Positions 27,974-38,029 are shown, counted from the stretch's first letter. The stretch is 56,841 nucleotides of DNA from a virus (IMGVR_UViG_3300042402_005702:1-56841), one strand, 5' to 3'. Notes: generated from the letters alone by a model not told the origin. Translations and numbers: made by a program.

Positions 27974-29132
27974 TGACGCATTAGCACAAGGCAACATCGG
28001 AACAGCGCGCGACAGGCTCGGCAAACTTGTCGACCTTCTAGAACGGTCTGGCATCAACCCCGACGAAATTGGGCGAGTTGAAAAGATAAACGTTTGGCAA
28101 GGCTTCCTCAAAGACAACGAAGGAAACCCGCAACTCGTCGACATGGCGGGCATCGTTCTTTCGCCAGAATGGGCAGGGGAACCTGAGTACCCCGTTGTCC
28201 AGCAGGCGGCTCCGACCACCATCAAGCCCATCAAGTCGACGCCAAAGACAACAAATCTGGACACAGTCGTAATTTTGCCCGATCCGCAAATTGGCTACCT
28301 TCGGTTGTCGGACGGCGAGATGATTGCCTGCCACGACGAGGACGCGATGGACGTCGCCCTGCAAATCACGCGCCACGCGCGCCCTGACACCATTGTGAAC
28401 CTCGGCGACTTCCTTGACCTTCCTGAATGGTCGTCCAAGTTTCTGGTGTTGCCTGAGTTCGTGATGACCACCCAACCGACCCTCGACCGCGCGCACCGCT
28501 TCCTCGCTTCGCAACGTGCCATCGCGCCAGACGCCAAGATTGTCTTGATTGCTGGCAACCACGACGACCGACTTGGCAAAGCCATCGCCAAGAACGCAAT
28601 GGCGGCACTTCGCCTTCGGCGCGCCGAAGCGCCTAAAGAATGGGCTGTGCTGTCCGTTCCATTCCTGCTCCGCCTTGACGAGTTGGAAGTGGAATACATC
28701 GGAGGCTACCCCGCAGGACGTTTCAAGATTGCCGACGCCTGCCCAGAGGCTGGACTGACTCCTTTCTACGCCATTCACGGCGAGAAACTCGACATCCCAA
28801 AGGTCGCCAAAACAGAACGCCAGTCAATCGTGCAGGGACACATTCACCGTCAGGCGTTGCACTACGAAACATACGAAGTCAACGGACGTCCAGAAACCGT
28901 GATGGCTGTCTCGCCGGGTTGCCTTTGTCGAGTTGACGGCGCTGTCCCATCAACCAAGAACGGACACGATGAACGAGGACGTCCTTTGGTGCGTTGGGAG
29001 TCATGGCAACAAGGGATGATGATTGTCACCATTGACAAGACGTCAGGTAAATGGGACACCGAGTTGATTCGCATCCACGAAGGCGAAGCGACGTGGCGCG
29101 GTAAAACATTTCGTTCCACAAGGCTTGACTGA
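27963..29132 (+). CDS. Calcineurin-like metallophosphoesterase
   Basis: DPQ, GDFLD, GNHD, HG, GHIH motifs; AGGAGG before GTG 27963. Confidence 0.85.
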   Translation: MGIDDALAQGNIGTARDRLGKLVDLLERSGINPDEIGRVEKINVWQGFLKDNEGNPQLVDMAGIVLSPEWAGEPEYPVVQQAAPTTIKPIKSTPKTTNLDTVVILPDPQIGYLRLSDGEMIACHDEDAMDVALQITRHARPDTIVNLGDFLDLPEWSSKFLVLPEFVMTTQPTLDRAHRFLASQRAIAPDAKIVLIAGNHDDRLGKAIAKNAMAALRLRRAEAPKEWAVLSVPFLLRLDELEVEYIGGYPAGRFKIADACPEAGLTPFYAIHGEKLDIPKVAKTERQSIVQGHIHRQALHYETYEVNGRPETVMAVSPGCLCRVDGAVPSTKNGHDERGRPLVRWESWQQGMMIVTIDKTSGKWDTELIRIHEGEATWRGKTFRSTRLD

Positions 29133-29161
29133 CGCTTCACCGCAGTTTAGTTTGTCCGCCA

Positions 29162-29392
29162 ATGAGCGAAGATGAACAATGCCCGTCGTGCCTCGGCACC
29201 GGCGAACGCCTACTTCCAATCCGCGACGCGTATGGCGATCCGACCGTTGAGTCGTTTCCATGCCCATGCTGTCGAGTTTGGATGCACGGCTTTCCCGGCG
29301 AGTCAGTCGTCATTGACCATCAAGTGTTCATTGTCATCGACCCGTCCGAACCCGGCGAGTTGGCTACCTACCGAGGATTCCCAGACTTGTAA
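29162..29392 (+). CDS. Small zinc-finger protein
   Basis: CPSCLGTG..CPCC; TTGACT-17-TAGTTT promoter at 29125-29153. Confidence 0.55.
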   Translation: MSEDEQCPSCLGTGERLLPIRDAYGDPTVESFPCPCCRVWMHGFPGESVVIDHQVFIVIDPSEPGELATYRGFPDL

Positions 29393-29435
29393 CACCCTTC
29401 TGGTGTAATCCTTCCTTACCCGACCAAGGAGAAAC

Positions 29436-29996
29436 ATGAGCAACATCACAGCCCCACCCGAAATACCTCACGAACTGGATGCAGTTCTGGAGGACGAAAA
29501 CAAACGCGTCGCGTTCCGCATTGAGGACGACTCAATGGCAACGTGGGCAATGCGCAAACTTGCCGCCATTCGCGCGAAGCAAAAGGAAACCGAAGACATC
29601 GCCGAAGTTGAAATACAACGAGTGCGTGATTGGGTTGAAACCGTCAACCGACCATTGGAGACAAACGCTTCGTTCTTTGAAGCAATCCTCAAGGACTACG
29701 GTCTGCGCCAACGCCACGAAGCCGACCGCAAAAGCATCAACCTTCCGCACGGCAAGGTAGCAACCCGCGCGGGTTCCGACAAATGGAACATCAACGGCGA
29801 AATCCTGCTTCCTTGGTTGCGCGACAACTTCCCCGAACTCATCAAAGTCAAAGAGGAACCTTCGCTTTCCGCTTTGAAGGATGCATTCGCGGAACGCGTC
29901 AAAGATGGAAGAGTCATCACCGACGAAGGCGAAGTGTTGCCCGGCGTAACAGTCGACAACGTTGCTTTCACAGTCTCAGTCAGCCCGACACTTTAA
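29436..29996 (+). CDS. Gam-like host-nuclease inhibitor
   Basis: F.I.D..A.WAMRK..KSINLPHG..R motif; strong RBS. Confidence 0.75.
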   Translation: MSNITAPPEIPHELDAVLEDENKRVAFRIEDDSMATWAMRKLAAIRAKQKETEDIAEVEIQRVRDWVETVNRPLETNASFFEAILKDYGLRQRHEADRKSINLPHGKVATRAGSDKWNINGEILLPWLRDNFPELIKVKEEPSLSALKDAFAERVKDGRVITDEGEVLPGVTVDNVAFTVSVSPTL

Positions 29997-30008
29997 GGAG
30001 AAACCAAA

Positions 30009-30947
30009 ATGAGCAAGCATTTATTCCAGCCAGCATCAAAACAACAAGCCAGAGCGCGAGTTGCCTTTTCAGGCGCTTCGGGTTCAGGGAAAACATTCTG
30101 GGCTTTGACTTGGGCGCAGGCTTTAGCCGAAGGCAAGTCCATCGCAGTCATCGACACCGAACGCGGATCGGCGAGCCTTTACGCCGACCAATTCAAGTTT
30201 GATGTTTTGGAGATGCGCCCGCCTTACCACCCAGACCGACTTATCGAGGCACTTTCCGCCGCCACCGATGCTGGCTACGGGGTTGTTGTTGTCGACTCAC
30301 TTACCCACTTTTGGAGCGGGCAAGGCGGAGTTCTTGAGATTGTCGACCAAGCATCAGCGCGGTTCAAAGGCAACAGCCACGCGGCTTGGCAAGTTGGCAC
30401 ACCAATTCAACAGCGAATGGTTGACGCCCTACTTGGCTTTGACGGTCACCTCATGGCAACGATGCGTGCCAAAACAGAATGGGTGATGGAACCCGACGAA
30501 CGAGGCAAAGTAACACCGCGCAAGATTGGCTTGGCACCGCAACAGCGATCCGACATCGAGTTTGAGTTCACGATGATGCTGGAAATTGAAGCGAACACGC
30601 ATCGCGCGCACGTCGCCAAGAGTCGATTCGCGGAGTTCGCTGACAAGGTGTTCACGCCTTCGGACACGCTCGCTTCGGCGGAGACATTCCTTGGTTGGTT
30701 GAAGAGTGGCGAAGCGATGGTCAGTCGCAACGTGGGCGACAACCTGAAGCAAACCATCGCCAACCTTGAGCCGTTCCAGCGCGACATCCTCAAGGATTGG
30801 TGGAAGAACGCTGGATTGCCGAAGGTCGAGTTGTTGACGGACAGTTCGCTGGAAACAGCGAAAGCCCTCATCCAAGACGTGTCGCTGGTTGAGAACGGTG
30901 CGAGCGATGAAGAACTCGCGCTGATGAACAACGAAGAAGCGTTTTAA
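30009..30947 (+). CDS. AAA-family ATPase (Sak4-like recombination protein)
   Basis: GASGSGKT, IDTE.GS, VVDSLTH.W, EFEF. Confidence 0.85.
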   Translation: MSKHLFQPASKQQARARVAFSGASGSGKTFWALTWAQALAEGKSIAVIDTERGSASLYADQFKFDVLEMRPPYHPDRLIEALSAATDAGYGVVVVDSLTHFWSGQGGVLEIVDQASARFKGNSHAAWQVGTPIQQRMVDALLGFDGHLMATMRAKTEWVMEPDERGKVTPRKIGLAPQQRSDIEFEFTMMLEIEANTHRAHVAKSRFAEFADKVFTPSDTLASAETFLGWLKSGEAMVSRNVGDNLKQTIANLEPFQRDILKDWWKNAGLPKVELLTDSSLETAKALIQDVSLVENGASDEELALMNNEEAF

Positions 30948-30953
30948 CTTCAG

Positions 30954-31003
30954 TGCGCAGACCGATGGGATTTATGTTCGTTTATCCCATCGGTCTCTGC
31001 GCA
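30954..31003 (+). terminator. Stem-loop after the ATPase gene
   Basis: TGCGCAG-ACCGATGGGAT..ATCCCATCGGT-CT-CTGCGCA. Confidence 0.6.
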
Positions 31004-31133
31004 AGCGAGGCATGAGCATACCTCGGACAGTTCCTACCCGACCGAACTGCCATGCACAAACTATCAGACCTTCGTTACTACGAACAATCCACACGCGGAG
31101 TGGTAACTTTCGCGAACCGACCTGTGGAGGCAC

Positions 31134-31856
31134 ATGAACACATCCCTACTCCTGAACGAACGATTTGTTGCAGTCTTTCCATCGCTGGTGCGTTTACTCG
31201 GCGGTGTTGCAGACGCGGCAGTGTTGCAGGAAATCCACTACCAACTGCAGATGGGCGGAAAAGAACACGACGGTGCGCGTTGGGTTCCGGCGACTGCCAA
31301 AGACCTGTCAACAGCCATCGGATTGTCGAGCGACGCTGTCACGCGAACCGCAAAACGACTCAAGGACAAAGGCATCTTGGTGACCGCAAACCCCGAAGCG
31401 TTTCAGCGCAGAACGTGGTGGCGCATCGATTACGACCTGCTCGACCATTTGGCGGAAACGCAAAATGGAAATGGCGAATTCGCAAACTCTCAACTTGCGA
31501 AACCGCAAAATCCAAAACGCGAAACCGCAAGTTCTACTACTACTAAGAAACATAAAGAAATGAAAGAAACTATTCCCGCGCCAAACGGCGCGCACGTTGT
31601 GAAAGCGTTCGTCGACCTGTTTACGGAGTTGTACCGTGAAGCGCCCGACAAACAACTCATCGCCCGCATCGGTCGCGACGCCAAACGAATGCTGACCGAA
31701 GGCAAAAGCATCGAGGTACTCATCTCCTGCGCTCAAGACTGCGCACGATCCGGTCACGGCAACCTGCCAGCGTCGTATGCGCAAAGCCTCAAGAAGCAAA
31801 ACGGGTCGCCACGCGGGTTCGCTGGCATTCGCGAGTTCATTCAGGAGTTGAAATGA
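31134..31856 (+). CDS. Replication initiator (winged-HTH)
   Basis: A.LQEIHY..W..LS..R..L..GIL..WWRIDY; contains iterons. Confidence 0.75.
   Translation: MNTSLLLNERFVAVFPSLVRLLGGVADAAVLQEIHYQLQMGGKEHDGARWVPATAKDLSTAIGLSSDAVTRTAKRLKDKGILVTANPEAFQRRTWWRIDYDLLDHLAETQNGNGEFANSQLAKPQNPKRETASSTTTKKHKEMKETIPAPNGAHVVKAFVDLFTELYREAPDKQLIARIGRDAKRMLTEGKSIEVLISCAQDCARSGHGNLPASYAQSLKKQNGSPRGFAGIREFIQELK
31452..31575. repeat. Putative replication origin: four GCG-N4-CGCAA iterons plus an A-rich tract
   Basis: Copies at 31452, 31474, 31497 and 31519. Confidence 0.7.
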
Positions 31857-32431
31857 CACCGATTGAGGTTTCCGAGGTGATGGCGTACATGGCTTCCGCC
31901 TACCCCTACATCAACCTTTCCAAAGAAACCGTCGCTGTCTACGCCGACCTGCTCGCCGACCTCGACTGTGAGACGACACGCAGGGCTGTGCGAAGGCTGA
32001 CTGCGCTTGAGGAGCGTTTCCCAAGTCCCGCAAGTATCCGCAAAGAAGTCGCCCGTTTAGGCGGTTCGTTGCCGCCAGACGCAACTGACGCTTTGAACGA
32101 GGTGTTGGAGCAGATGCAACGGCAGTCGCGTCAACAACCCATTGAGAAGTGGTCGCACCCGATTGTCGACGAAGTTGTGCAGTCGCTCGGCGGTTTGTAC
32201 CGCTTCCGAATGTCCGAGCAACCCGACACCTTGCGCGCACACTTTCTGCGTTTGTACCAATCCGCAGTTGAGAAGCACGAACGTGCCACCATCCTTTCCA
32301 AAGGAGCCAAAGAAGTAGGATGCAACAATGAAACGAAGCGCACCCTTGCGCAGAACGCCACTCAAACGCGGAACCTCGCAATTGAAACGGACACCCTTGA
32401 AAGCGAAACGGTCAAAGCAGGCGTCCAATGA
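31853..32431 (+). CDS. Helicase loader/inhibitor (G39P-like)
   Basis: MT..E..AYP..L.DL..AV..FPS.A.I motif; follows the initiator. Confidence 0.7.
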   Translation: MTPIEVSEVMAYMASAYPYINLSKETVAVYADLLADLDCETTRRAVRRLTALEERFPSPASIRKEVARLGGSLPPDATDALNEVLEQMQRQSRQQPIEKWSHPIVDEVVQSLGGLYRFRMSEQPDTLRAHFLRLYQSAVEKHERATILSKGAKEVGCNNETKRTLAQNATQTRNLAIETDTLESETVKAGVQ

Positions 32432-32672
32432 GGTCAAGAAAATCATCCACAAACGCTGTGGCGGCAAATGCGAAGCCAAACTCCAAGGTTGCACCGTCAC
32501 GTCAGACCATCTGCACCATCGACTGATGCGTTCACAAGGAGGAACAGAAACACCGCAAAACCTGCTGTCCGTTTGCTGGCACTGCCACGAACAAATCCAC
32601 GCCAACCCTGCGCGTTCCTACTCGCGGGGACACCTACTTCACCGACCCGAACAAGGAAACGAAAATGACTAA
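32328..32672 (+). CDS. HNH endonuclease
   Basis: CE..C..HH..RSQGG..NL..C..CH..IH. Confidence 0.85.
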   Translation: MKRSAPLRRTPLKRGTSQLKRTPLKAKRSKQASNEVKKIIHKRCGGKCEAKLQGCTVTSDHLHHRLMRSQGGTETPQNLLSVCWHCHEQIHANPARSYSRGHLLHRPEQGNEND

Positions 32673-32940
32673 CCCACTCACCGCTCAACTTTTGCAGGAA
32701 ATAACCGAAGCGCAGTTGTCCTGCACCAGAGGAGAACGCATCGACAACGCTGAAATGTGGATACTGCTTGACAAGATTGAACAACACATCACGACCCTCG
32801 ACCGCAACGAAAAGGCGCTCGCGGGGTTCCTCGGCAAAATTGGACGCACCAAAGTGCGTGTTGGGCATTCAATCATTCCACCGGCGCTGACCTCAAACGG
32901 CATCATGCTTGTCGAGTACGTCGAGTCGACGGATGGCTGA
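32665..32940 (+). CDS. Hypothetical protein
   Basis: Overlapping operon arrangement with RBS. Confidence 0.55.
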   Translation: MTNPLTAQLLQEITEAQLSCTRGERIDNAEMWILLDKIEQHITTLDRNEKALAGFLGKIGRTKVRVGHSIIPPALTSNGIMLVEYVESTDG

Positions 32941-33250
32941 CTTTGTGGAAATGCGACGCGCTGTGACTCACGCACTCCACGACAATGACTGTTCGTGCGC
33001 CCTACAACGACGCATCGAGAAGCACCGCGCCAACATGAACGTTGAGGATTGGACGCCAATCATGGTCGATTTGTTTGAACGCATCGAGCAACTCGAGTCC
33101 GCCTTGGACGAAGTAGGCAATGCGCTCGTCAGCATTGTCGGCGACAACAGTAACGATTGGGATTTGAAGCACCGCGTTGAAGGCACCGATGTTCTGCTTG
33201 ACTTGGCAAGCGAGACGTTTGAGCGGTACAGGTGCATCAGTGACGACTGA
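32933..33250 (+). CDS. Hypothetical protein
   Basis: Operon arrangement. Confidence 0.55.
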   Translation: MADFVEMRRAVTHALHDNDCSCALQRRIEKHRANMNVEDWTPIMVDLFERIEQLESALDEVGNALVSIVGDNSNDWDLKHRVEGTDVLLDLASETFERYRCISDD

Positions 33251-33605
33251 ATGGTCGCTGAGGTTCCCGCGACGCCCGTTCACCATCAACGCCGAACGCA
33301 GGATGCACTTCCACGAACGCGCACGGCACGTCAAAGAATGGCGCTTCCTAGCCGCGGTGGCGGCAAAGAGGAAATCCATCCCACCCCTGCGCGCTGTCCA
33401 CATCCACAGCCACCCTCACCTCAAAGGACGACTGCAAGACGCCGACGCCTGCCACCCCACAGTCAAAGCAATCATTGACGGACTCGTCGACGCGAAGGTC
33501 ATCCCTGACGACGATCCGCGCTACGTCAAGGCGGTGACGTACCACGCCCCGACCCGCGCCAAGGCTGACTTCATCATCGTTAGGGTCGTTGAACTCCCTG
33601 CTTGA
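33240..33605 (+). CDS. RusA-like Holliday junction resolvase
   Basis: D.D..KAIIDGLVDA.VIPDDD motif. Confidence 0.8.
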   Translation: MTTEWSLRFPRRPFTINAERRMHFHERARHVKEWRFLAAVAAKRKSIPPLRAVHIHSHPHLKGRLQDADACHPTVKAIIDGLVDAKVIPDDDPRYVKAVTYHAPTRAKADFIIVRVVELPA

Positions 33606-33641
33606 CCATCGTAAAGTCCCCGTGACCCGAATGGAGGACAC

Positions 33642-34136
33642 ATGAACCAACCCGACCTATTCACCCAAGACGACGCGTATTACCGTCGCCTTCCCGCACC
33701 AAGCGTCGAGCAATCCCCGACGTCCGTTGCCCGCGCTGTTCGCGAGGACGACAAAGGCACAACATCCAAACGTCAGAAAGCAATCCTTGACCTTTTGATT
33801 GAGGCTGGAGAACGCGGAATGACGTGGCACGAAGTTGGCAACAAACTCAACCTGCATCACGGTCAGGCTTCGGGCGCTTTGTCGACACTCCACAAAGCGG
33901 GACTTGTTTTCGCCCTTGTTGACAAACCGCGCAACGGATGCCAGCCCTACGTCCACCGCCGGTATGTGGGCAGTTTCTTTCCGAACGAACGCGCCGACTC
34001 GCCAGCCACAACGAAAGCGGGACGCCGACGCGCATCGCTTGAGGCGTTGTACGAGGCAGTCACTTTGTGGATGGCACACCCAACCGAGGCGAACCTTGAA
34101 CGGTTGCGCAACGCACAGAAAGACGTCGAGGAGTAG
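33642..34136 (+). CDS. HTH DNA-binding protein
   Basis: GMTWHEVG..H.QASG.LS.L; promoter TTGAAC-17-TAAAGT at 33589-33617. Confidence 0.7.
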   Translation: MNQPDLFTQDDAYYRRLPAPSVEQSPTSVARAVREDDKGTTSKRQKAILDLLIEAGERGMTWHEVGNKLNLHHGQASGALSTLHKAGLVFALVDKPRNGCQPYVHRRYVGSFFPNERADSPATTKAGRRRASLEALYEAVTLWMAHPTEANLERLRNAQKDVEE

Positions 34137-34170
34137 ACGACGGTATAGCGACCGCGCTATAGTTGGCGGA

Positions 34171-34419
34171 ATGAACACCCCGACTCCTGAGTACGACCCC
34201 ACCATCGACCTGAACACCGCAAAGGCGCTCACCGAAATGATGCGCGAACATCAACAGGCAGTCGCGGCAATCGGCGTCCAACGCCGAAGCATCATCCGCG
34301 AACTCCGCCGCCACAGCGTCCCGTATAAACAGATTGCCGAAGCCTGCTCCGTGACGGATCAGGCGCTGTTCGCCGACCTGCGCAAGCACCCCGACCCGAA
34401 GGAGAACTCCGATGGATGA
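34171..34419 (+). CDS. HTH protein (leaderless)
   Basis: RR..I..L..YKQIA..C.VT.QA; promoter TAGACG-18-TATAGT at 34134-34163. Confidence 0.7.
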   Translation: MNTPTPEYDPTIDLNTAKALTEMMREHQQAVAAIGVQRRSIIRELRRHSVPYKQIAEACSVTDQALFADLRKHPDPKENSDG

Positions 34420-34645
34420 AATGACCGACCAAACCGAGCCGTACGGCGCTGTAACGGCGTATGTCTGGAATATTGCGGGCAAAGCCCTCGTTATTGCCGC
34501 AACTCGCGCTGATGCCCACAGAATCGCCCACAGCCGAGGCTGGTTCCTGCGCGGGCAGTCCCTCTCGACCTTGGACAGCCCCGTCATACGGCGCGCCACA
34601 CAGCACGAAGTGGACATTTTGGGCGAAACCCTAGAAATTGGCTAA
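34412..34645 (+). CDS. Hypothetical protein
   Basis: AAGGAGA RBS. Confidence 0.55.
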   Translation: MDEMTDQTEPYGAVTAYVWNIAGKALVIAATRADAHRIAHSRGWFLRGQSLSTLDSPVIRRATQHEVDILGETLEIG

Positions 34646-34669
34646 TTCTGCCAAATTGCCCCTATTGGC

Positions 34670-34699
34670 TTGACCTAGGTCGAGTTGTGCGGGCAAAAT
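34670..34699 (+). promoter_or_regulatory. Promoter TTGACC-18-CAAAAT with operator TTGACCTAGGTCGA; leaderless ATG 34706
   Basis: Read directly. Confidence 0.65.
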
Positions 34700-34705
34700 G
34701 GCGCT

Positions 34706-35050
34706 ATGGCATTTACCCACGACCCACAGGCACCAGCCCCTTCCCGCGCCGCGCGCAAGACGACCCGCAAGGGCGTCTACGACGTTCTCGTGAAGTCGGG
34801 CTGGTCAAAGCACACCAGCACCTCGACGTGCATCCGCGGCTACCGCCACGACAACGCAGGTTGGAAAGTCAGCAACGCGAAAGCGGGACAGCCAATCATC
34901 GTTTGGCACATCAAGGACAGCACTTCGTTCTACCAAGTCGACATTGGCGAGCGCCTTTCCTCCTACGCCTATGAACTGCGTCGCGCAGGCTTTGATGCCC
35001 AAATCATCAACGACCCGAACCGCATCCCCTACATCCGCGTCAACCGCTAA
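34706..35050 (+). CDS. Hypothetical early protein
   Basis: Phage-like codon usage; follows a promoter. Confidence 0.65.
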   Translation: MAFTHDPQAPAPSRAARKTTRKGVYDVLVKSGWSKHTSTSTCIRGYRHDNAGWKVSNAKAGQPIIVWHIKDSTSFYQVDIGERLSSYAYELRRAGFDAQIINDPNRIPYIRVNR

Positions 35051-35067
35051 CCGAAAAGAGGAACACA

Positions 35068-35640
35068 GTGGCTTACCCGAACCGCTACCAAGGCAACTGC
35101 AAACACTGCGACTTCACCGTCGACGCCCAGAAGGGCTTTTACTCGTACGGCTCAACCACCTGCTCCGAGGAAATCGGAGTCGAGGCTGGCATGGAAACCG
35201 TGTGGCATTGCCTTCGCACCTTCAATCGCACCTTCGGCACGAACTTTGCTTCGGCGGACGAAGCAGGAGAGTTTGAACTCCAAAGGCGACATCGCAACAC
35301 GGTCATCGCGCGCGAACGGATGCGCGCAACGTTGGTCGGCGGCGAACTTCAGCAACTCGCCGCCACCGCCAAGGTACGGTCGCTCGCTCAAGTCATCGCC
35401 AAGGTCACCGGCACATCGGTCGACGTTGCCGACCTGACTTGGGAGCAGGCGCGCGACGTTCGCGTTGAACTCGACAAGCGAATCCGACGCAAGGAAAGCG
35501 CGAAGGTTCTCGACGACTGCAAGAAAACGAACACCTGCAACCGATGCGGTGGCGCAGGTGGCGCAGACAAATGGCAGATGACTGGATGGACTTGCTACCA
35601 GTGCGGTGGCACCGGCAAGTATTACCCCGCCACAGCCTGA
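35068..35640 (+). CDS. Zinc-finger protein (DnaJ-type CxxCxGxG pair)
   Basis: CNRCGGAG..CYQCGGTG. Confidence 0.7.
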   Translation: MAYPNRYQGNCKHCDFTVDAQKGFYSYGSTTCSEEIGVEAGMETVWHCLRTFNRTFGTNFASADEAGEFELQRRHRNTVIARERMRATLVGGELQQLAATAKVRSLAQVIAKVTGTSVDVADLTWEQARDVRVELDKRIRRKESAKVLDDCKKTNTCNRCGGAGGADKWQMTGWTCYQCGGTGKYYPATA

Positions 35641-35671
35641 AACAACAATCGCATAACAAAGGAGAAGCGAA

Positions 35672-35851
35672 ATGGAAACACCCGACACGGACACAGTCCC
35701 CAAGAAGCACTACAAGGTTGCGATTTTCTCGACCCTGTTTGTTGACGCAGTCGACGAGCAACAGGCAAAGGACATCGCCCACGATGCGCTGATTGGCTGT
35801 GCCATCAAAGCACGCGACTTTGAACTCGACGTTGAGAATTGGGAGGACTAA
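35672..35851 (+). CDS. 59-aa hypothetical protein (not in ORF track)
   Basis: AAGGAGA RBS; METPDTDTVPKKHYKV.. Confidence 0.6.
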   Translation: METPDTDTVPKKHYKVAIFSTLFVDAVDEQQAKDIAHDALIGCAIKARDFELDVENWED

Positions 35852-35853
35852 CA

Positions 35854-36030
35854 ATGTGGGTCACATCAATGTTTGTGTTCTGCGACGTTTGCACCAACAT
35901 CGGCGACCACTGCGATCCGTCGCGTCGCGAAGTGTGGAACGAGGCAAAGGCTCAAGGCTGGAAGCGAGTCGACGGGATGCACGTCTGCCCCGACTGCGTG
36001 GCGGCTGAAACAGGAAAGGAACCCCAATGA
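35854..36030 (+). CDS. Small zinc-finger protein
   Basis: CDVC..A..GW..CPDC. Confidence 0.65.
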   Translation: MWVTSMFVFCDVCTNIGDHCDPSRREVWNEAKAQGWKRVDGMHVCPDCVAAETGKEPQ

Positions 36031-36323
36031 ACACCATCGAGGCAACAACGGTCTACGCGCCGACGTTCTCGTCGCGGTCGGTCTACCGCGCCGCGCTGGT
36101 CATCAACGGCAAACGAACAAACGTGGACTGCGGGCATTCTCACAAATCCCGCGACCTCGCCATGCGGTGCGCCGAGCGGAAGTTGCCGCCACTGGCGGAC
36201 GCCCTGCGGGGTGCCAACCTCATGCCCGTCGAGCCAAGGCGCATCGGGAAGTCCGTCTGGCACGCCTTTTGGCGGGACGCCGACGGGGTTCTCCACACCC
36301 GCACCCTTGTGATGTTTGACTGA
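36027..36323 (+). CDS. Hypothetical protein
   Basis: C.H.H..A..CA motif; ATGA overlap. Confidence 0.6.
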   Translation: MNTIEATTVYAPTFSSRSVYRAALVINGKRTNVDCGHSHKSRDLAMRCAERKLPPLADALRGANLMPVEPRRIGKSVWHAFWRDADGVLHTRTLVMFD

Positions 36324-36352
36324 TGGAACTTGACCAAGGTAAAGTCGCCCGC

Positions 36353-36571
36353 ATGGAAACCACCTACATCAAAGTCACCGAGGTCACCCCTCAACTAGCC
36401 GACATCGTGGAACTCGTCTACGAAGGCTGGTGGGAGGACGAACCCCGCATCGACTGGCACGCCTTCCTTGACCGAGTCGAGTCCTTCGGCTTTGACCTCG
36501 GAAGCGACATGGATGCCCAAGTCATCAAAGACATCAAGAAGCAGGTCAAGCGCCTGCGCAACAGCCACTAA
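36353..36571 (+). CDS. Hypothetical protein (probably leaderless from 36353)
   Basis: Promoter TTGACT-18-TAAAGT at 36316-36345. Confidence 0.55.
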   Translation: METTYIKVTEVTPQLADIVELVYEGWWEDEPRIDWHAFLDRVESFGFDLGSDMDAQVIKDIKKQVKRLRNSH

Positions 36572-36594
36572 CCAAACCGACCAAGGAGAAACAC

Positions 36595-37026
36595 ATGAGC
36601 AACCATCCCGACCTAGTTCCGATTCTGTGGAACGCACCGCGCGAGGCATTCCATTTGAAGCCCTGCAACGCAACGCACTACTTGAAGCGCGTCAAGTTGA
36701 ACGCCTACTACGAACTGCCGAAGACGGCGCAGAAGAAACACATCTTCGTATGCAAGAAATGCGGTGGCGAAGTGGTGTGGGCGGACAGCAAGTCAGGCTC
36801 AAAGTTCCTCGCCAACGTGAAGCACTACAGTTTTCGCTACGGACGAGGCGGTCGACAGCACGGCGTCAACTACCTCTACGACCCACGCGATTGGCACAGC
36901 AAAACGTGCAAGCCAACTGCCGATGGAAGCGTCCACCCCACCGCACTCGCTCACGAAGAACGCAACGCACGACTGTTGCAGGAACAAGCAGATGCGCAAC
37001 GCCCAACAACAACCGAAGCACGCTAG
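36595..37026 (+). CDS. Hypothetical Cys/His protein
   Basis: AAGGAGA RBS; CKKCG..W..H..C. Confidence 0.65.
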   Translation: MSNHPDLVPILWNAPREAFHLKPCNATHYLKRVKLNAYYELPKTAQKKHIFVCKKCGGEVVWADSKSGSKFLANVKHYSFRYGRGGRQHGVNYLYDPRDWHSKTCKPTADGSVHPTALAHEERNARLLQEQADAQRPTTTEAR

Positions 37027-37036
37027 GAGAACCGCG

Positions 37037-37327
37037 ATGCCTTACCTCACCAACGACGACGAAGAGATGCCACGCGAAACCCCATACAAGATTTGGGAAA
37101 ACGACCAGCAAACGTTCTCGGTCACCATCGAGTTCAACGACGAACGTGGCGGCTACCACGTTCTCACCACAAACACGCTGACGGGCGAATACATCGAGTA
37201 CCCAAACATCACGATTGACGGCGTCGAGTGTCCACCCTTCAGCGAATGGATCCACGCCGCGTCGACAGCGTTCGCGTTGGTCGACGTCTACGAAACAGCC
37301 ACATGGTTAGAAAGCAGAAAAGCATGA
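37037..37327 (+). CDS. Hypothetical protein
   Basis: AGGAGA RBS. Confidence 0.6.
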   Translation: MPYLTNDDEEMPRETPYKIWENDQQTFSVTIEFNDERGGYHVLTTNTLTGEYIEYPNITIDGVECPPFSEWIHAASTAFALVDVYETATWLESRKA

Positions 37328-37581
37328 AACACCTCACACCCGACAACGAACCACTCGACATGGTTCACATCACACCCGACTGGCGAAGTTCCGAACGTGG
37401 CATCCTCACGGTCGGTCAACTGATGCGTTGGCTCAAAACACTCCCACCCGAAACGCAGGTCGTCGTCGGCGACGACGGCGGTTGGTACAACAACATCGAG
37501 GGAGTCCAACTGCCCGACGGCGAATCAACCAGCGCAGTCACCTTCGTCCAAGGCGAAGCGTACGACACGAGGCAGGTCTAG
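37324..37581 (+). CDS. Hypothetical protein
   Basis: TVGQL..L..LP..V motif. Confidence 0.6.
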   Translation: MKHLTPDNEPLDMVHITPDWRSSERGILTVGQLMRWLKTLPPETQVVVGDDGGWYNNIEGVQLPDGESTSAVTFVQGEAYDTRQV

Positions 37582-37583
37582 CC

Positions 37584-37838
37584 ATGTACGACGACCGCAC
37601 CAAAATACGCGACTTCATTCTCAACGTTCACGTCGCGAACCGCTACCGATGGAACCGCGCCAAAACAATCCTCGCCTGCGTCTGGGCGCTGTGCGCAGTC
37701 GCCTGCATCGGTGGACTCGAGGGCTTCGCCCCAATGCCAAGCCCGCTCGGAGCGGTGCTGTTCCTTGGGTTAGCCTTGTACACGGCTTCGCACATCGAGG
37801 TCAATTGGGGACTCGACCAAAACGACAAGGGACGCTGA
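37584..37838 (+). CDS. Two-TM membrane protein
   Basis: Hydrophobic segments. Confidence 0.55.
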   Translation: MYDDRTKIRDFILNVHVANRYRWNRAKTILACVWALCAVACIGGLEGFAPMPSPLGAVLFLGLALYTASHIEVNWGLDQNDKGR

Positions 37839-38029
37839 TGTTGAACGAACTCACCATCGGATGCTTCTACATCGCCTACGTCGCGCTCGGCACGAAAATA
37901 CGACGCATTGAAGGCGCGCTGGAACACATCGACGACATGACCATCACCCTCGCCCCTTCGCCCACACCCCTTGTGGCGGCACCTGTCAAAGTCCGCGTCT
38001 ACAAAGAGCAGATTGTTCGCATCGATTGA
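37838..38029 (+). CDS. Hypothetical protein
   Basis: TGATG overlap. Confidence 0.5.
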   Translation: MLNELTIGCFYIAYVALGTKIRRIEGALEHIDDMTITLAPSPTPLVAAPVKVRVYKEQIVRID

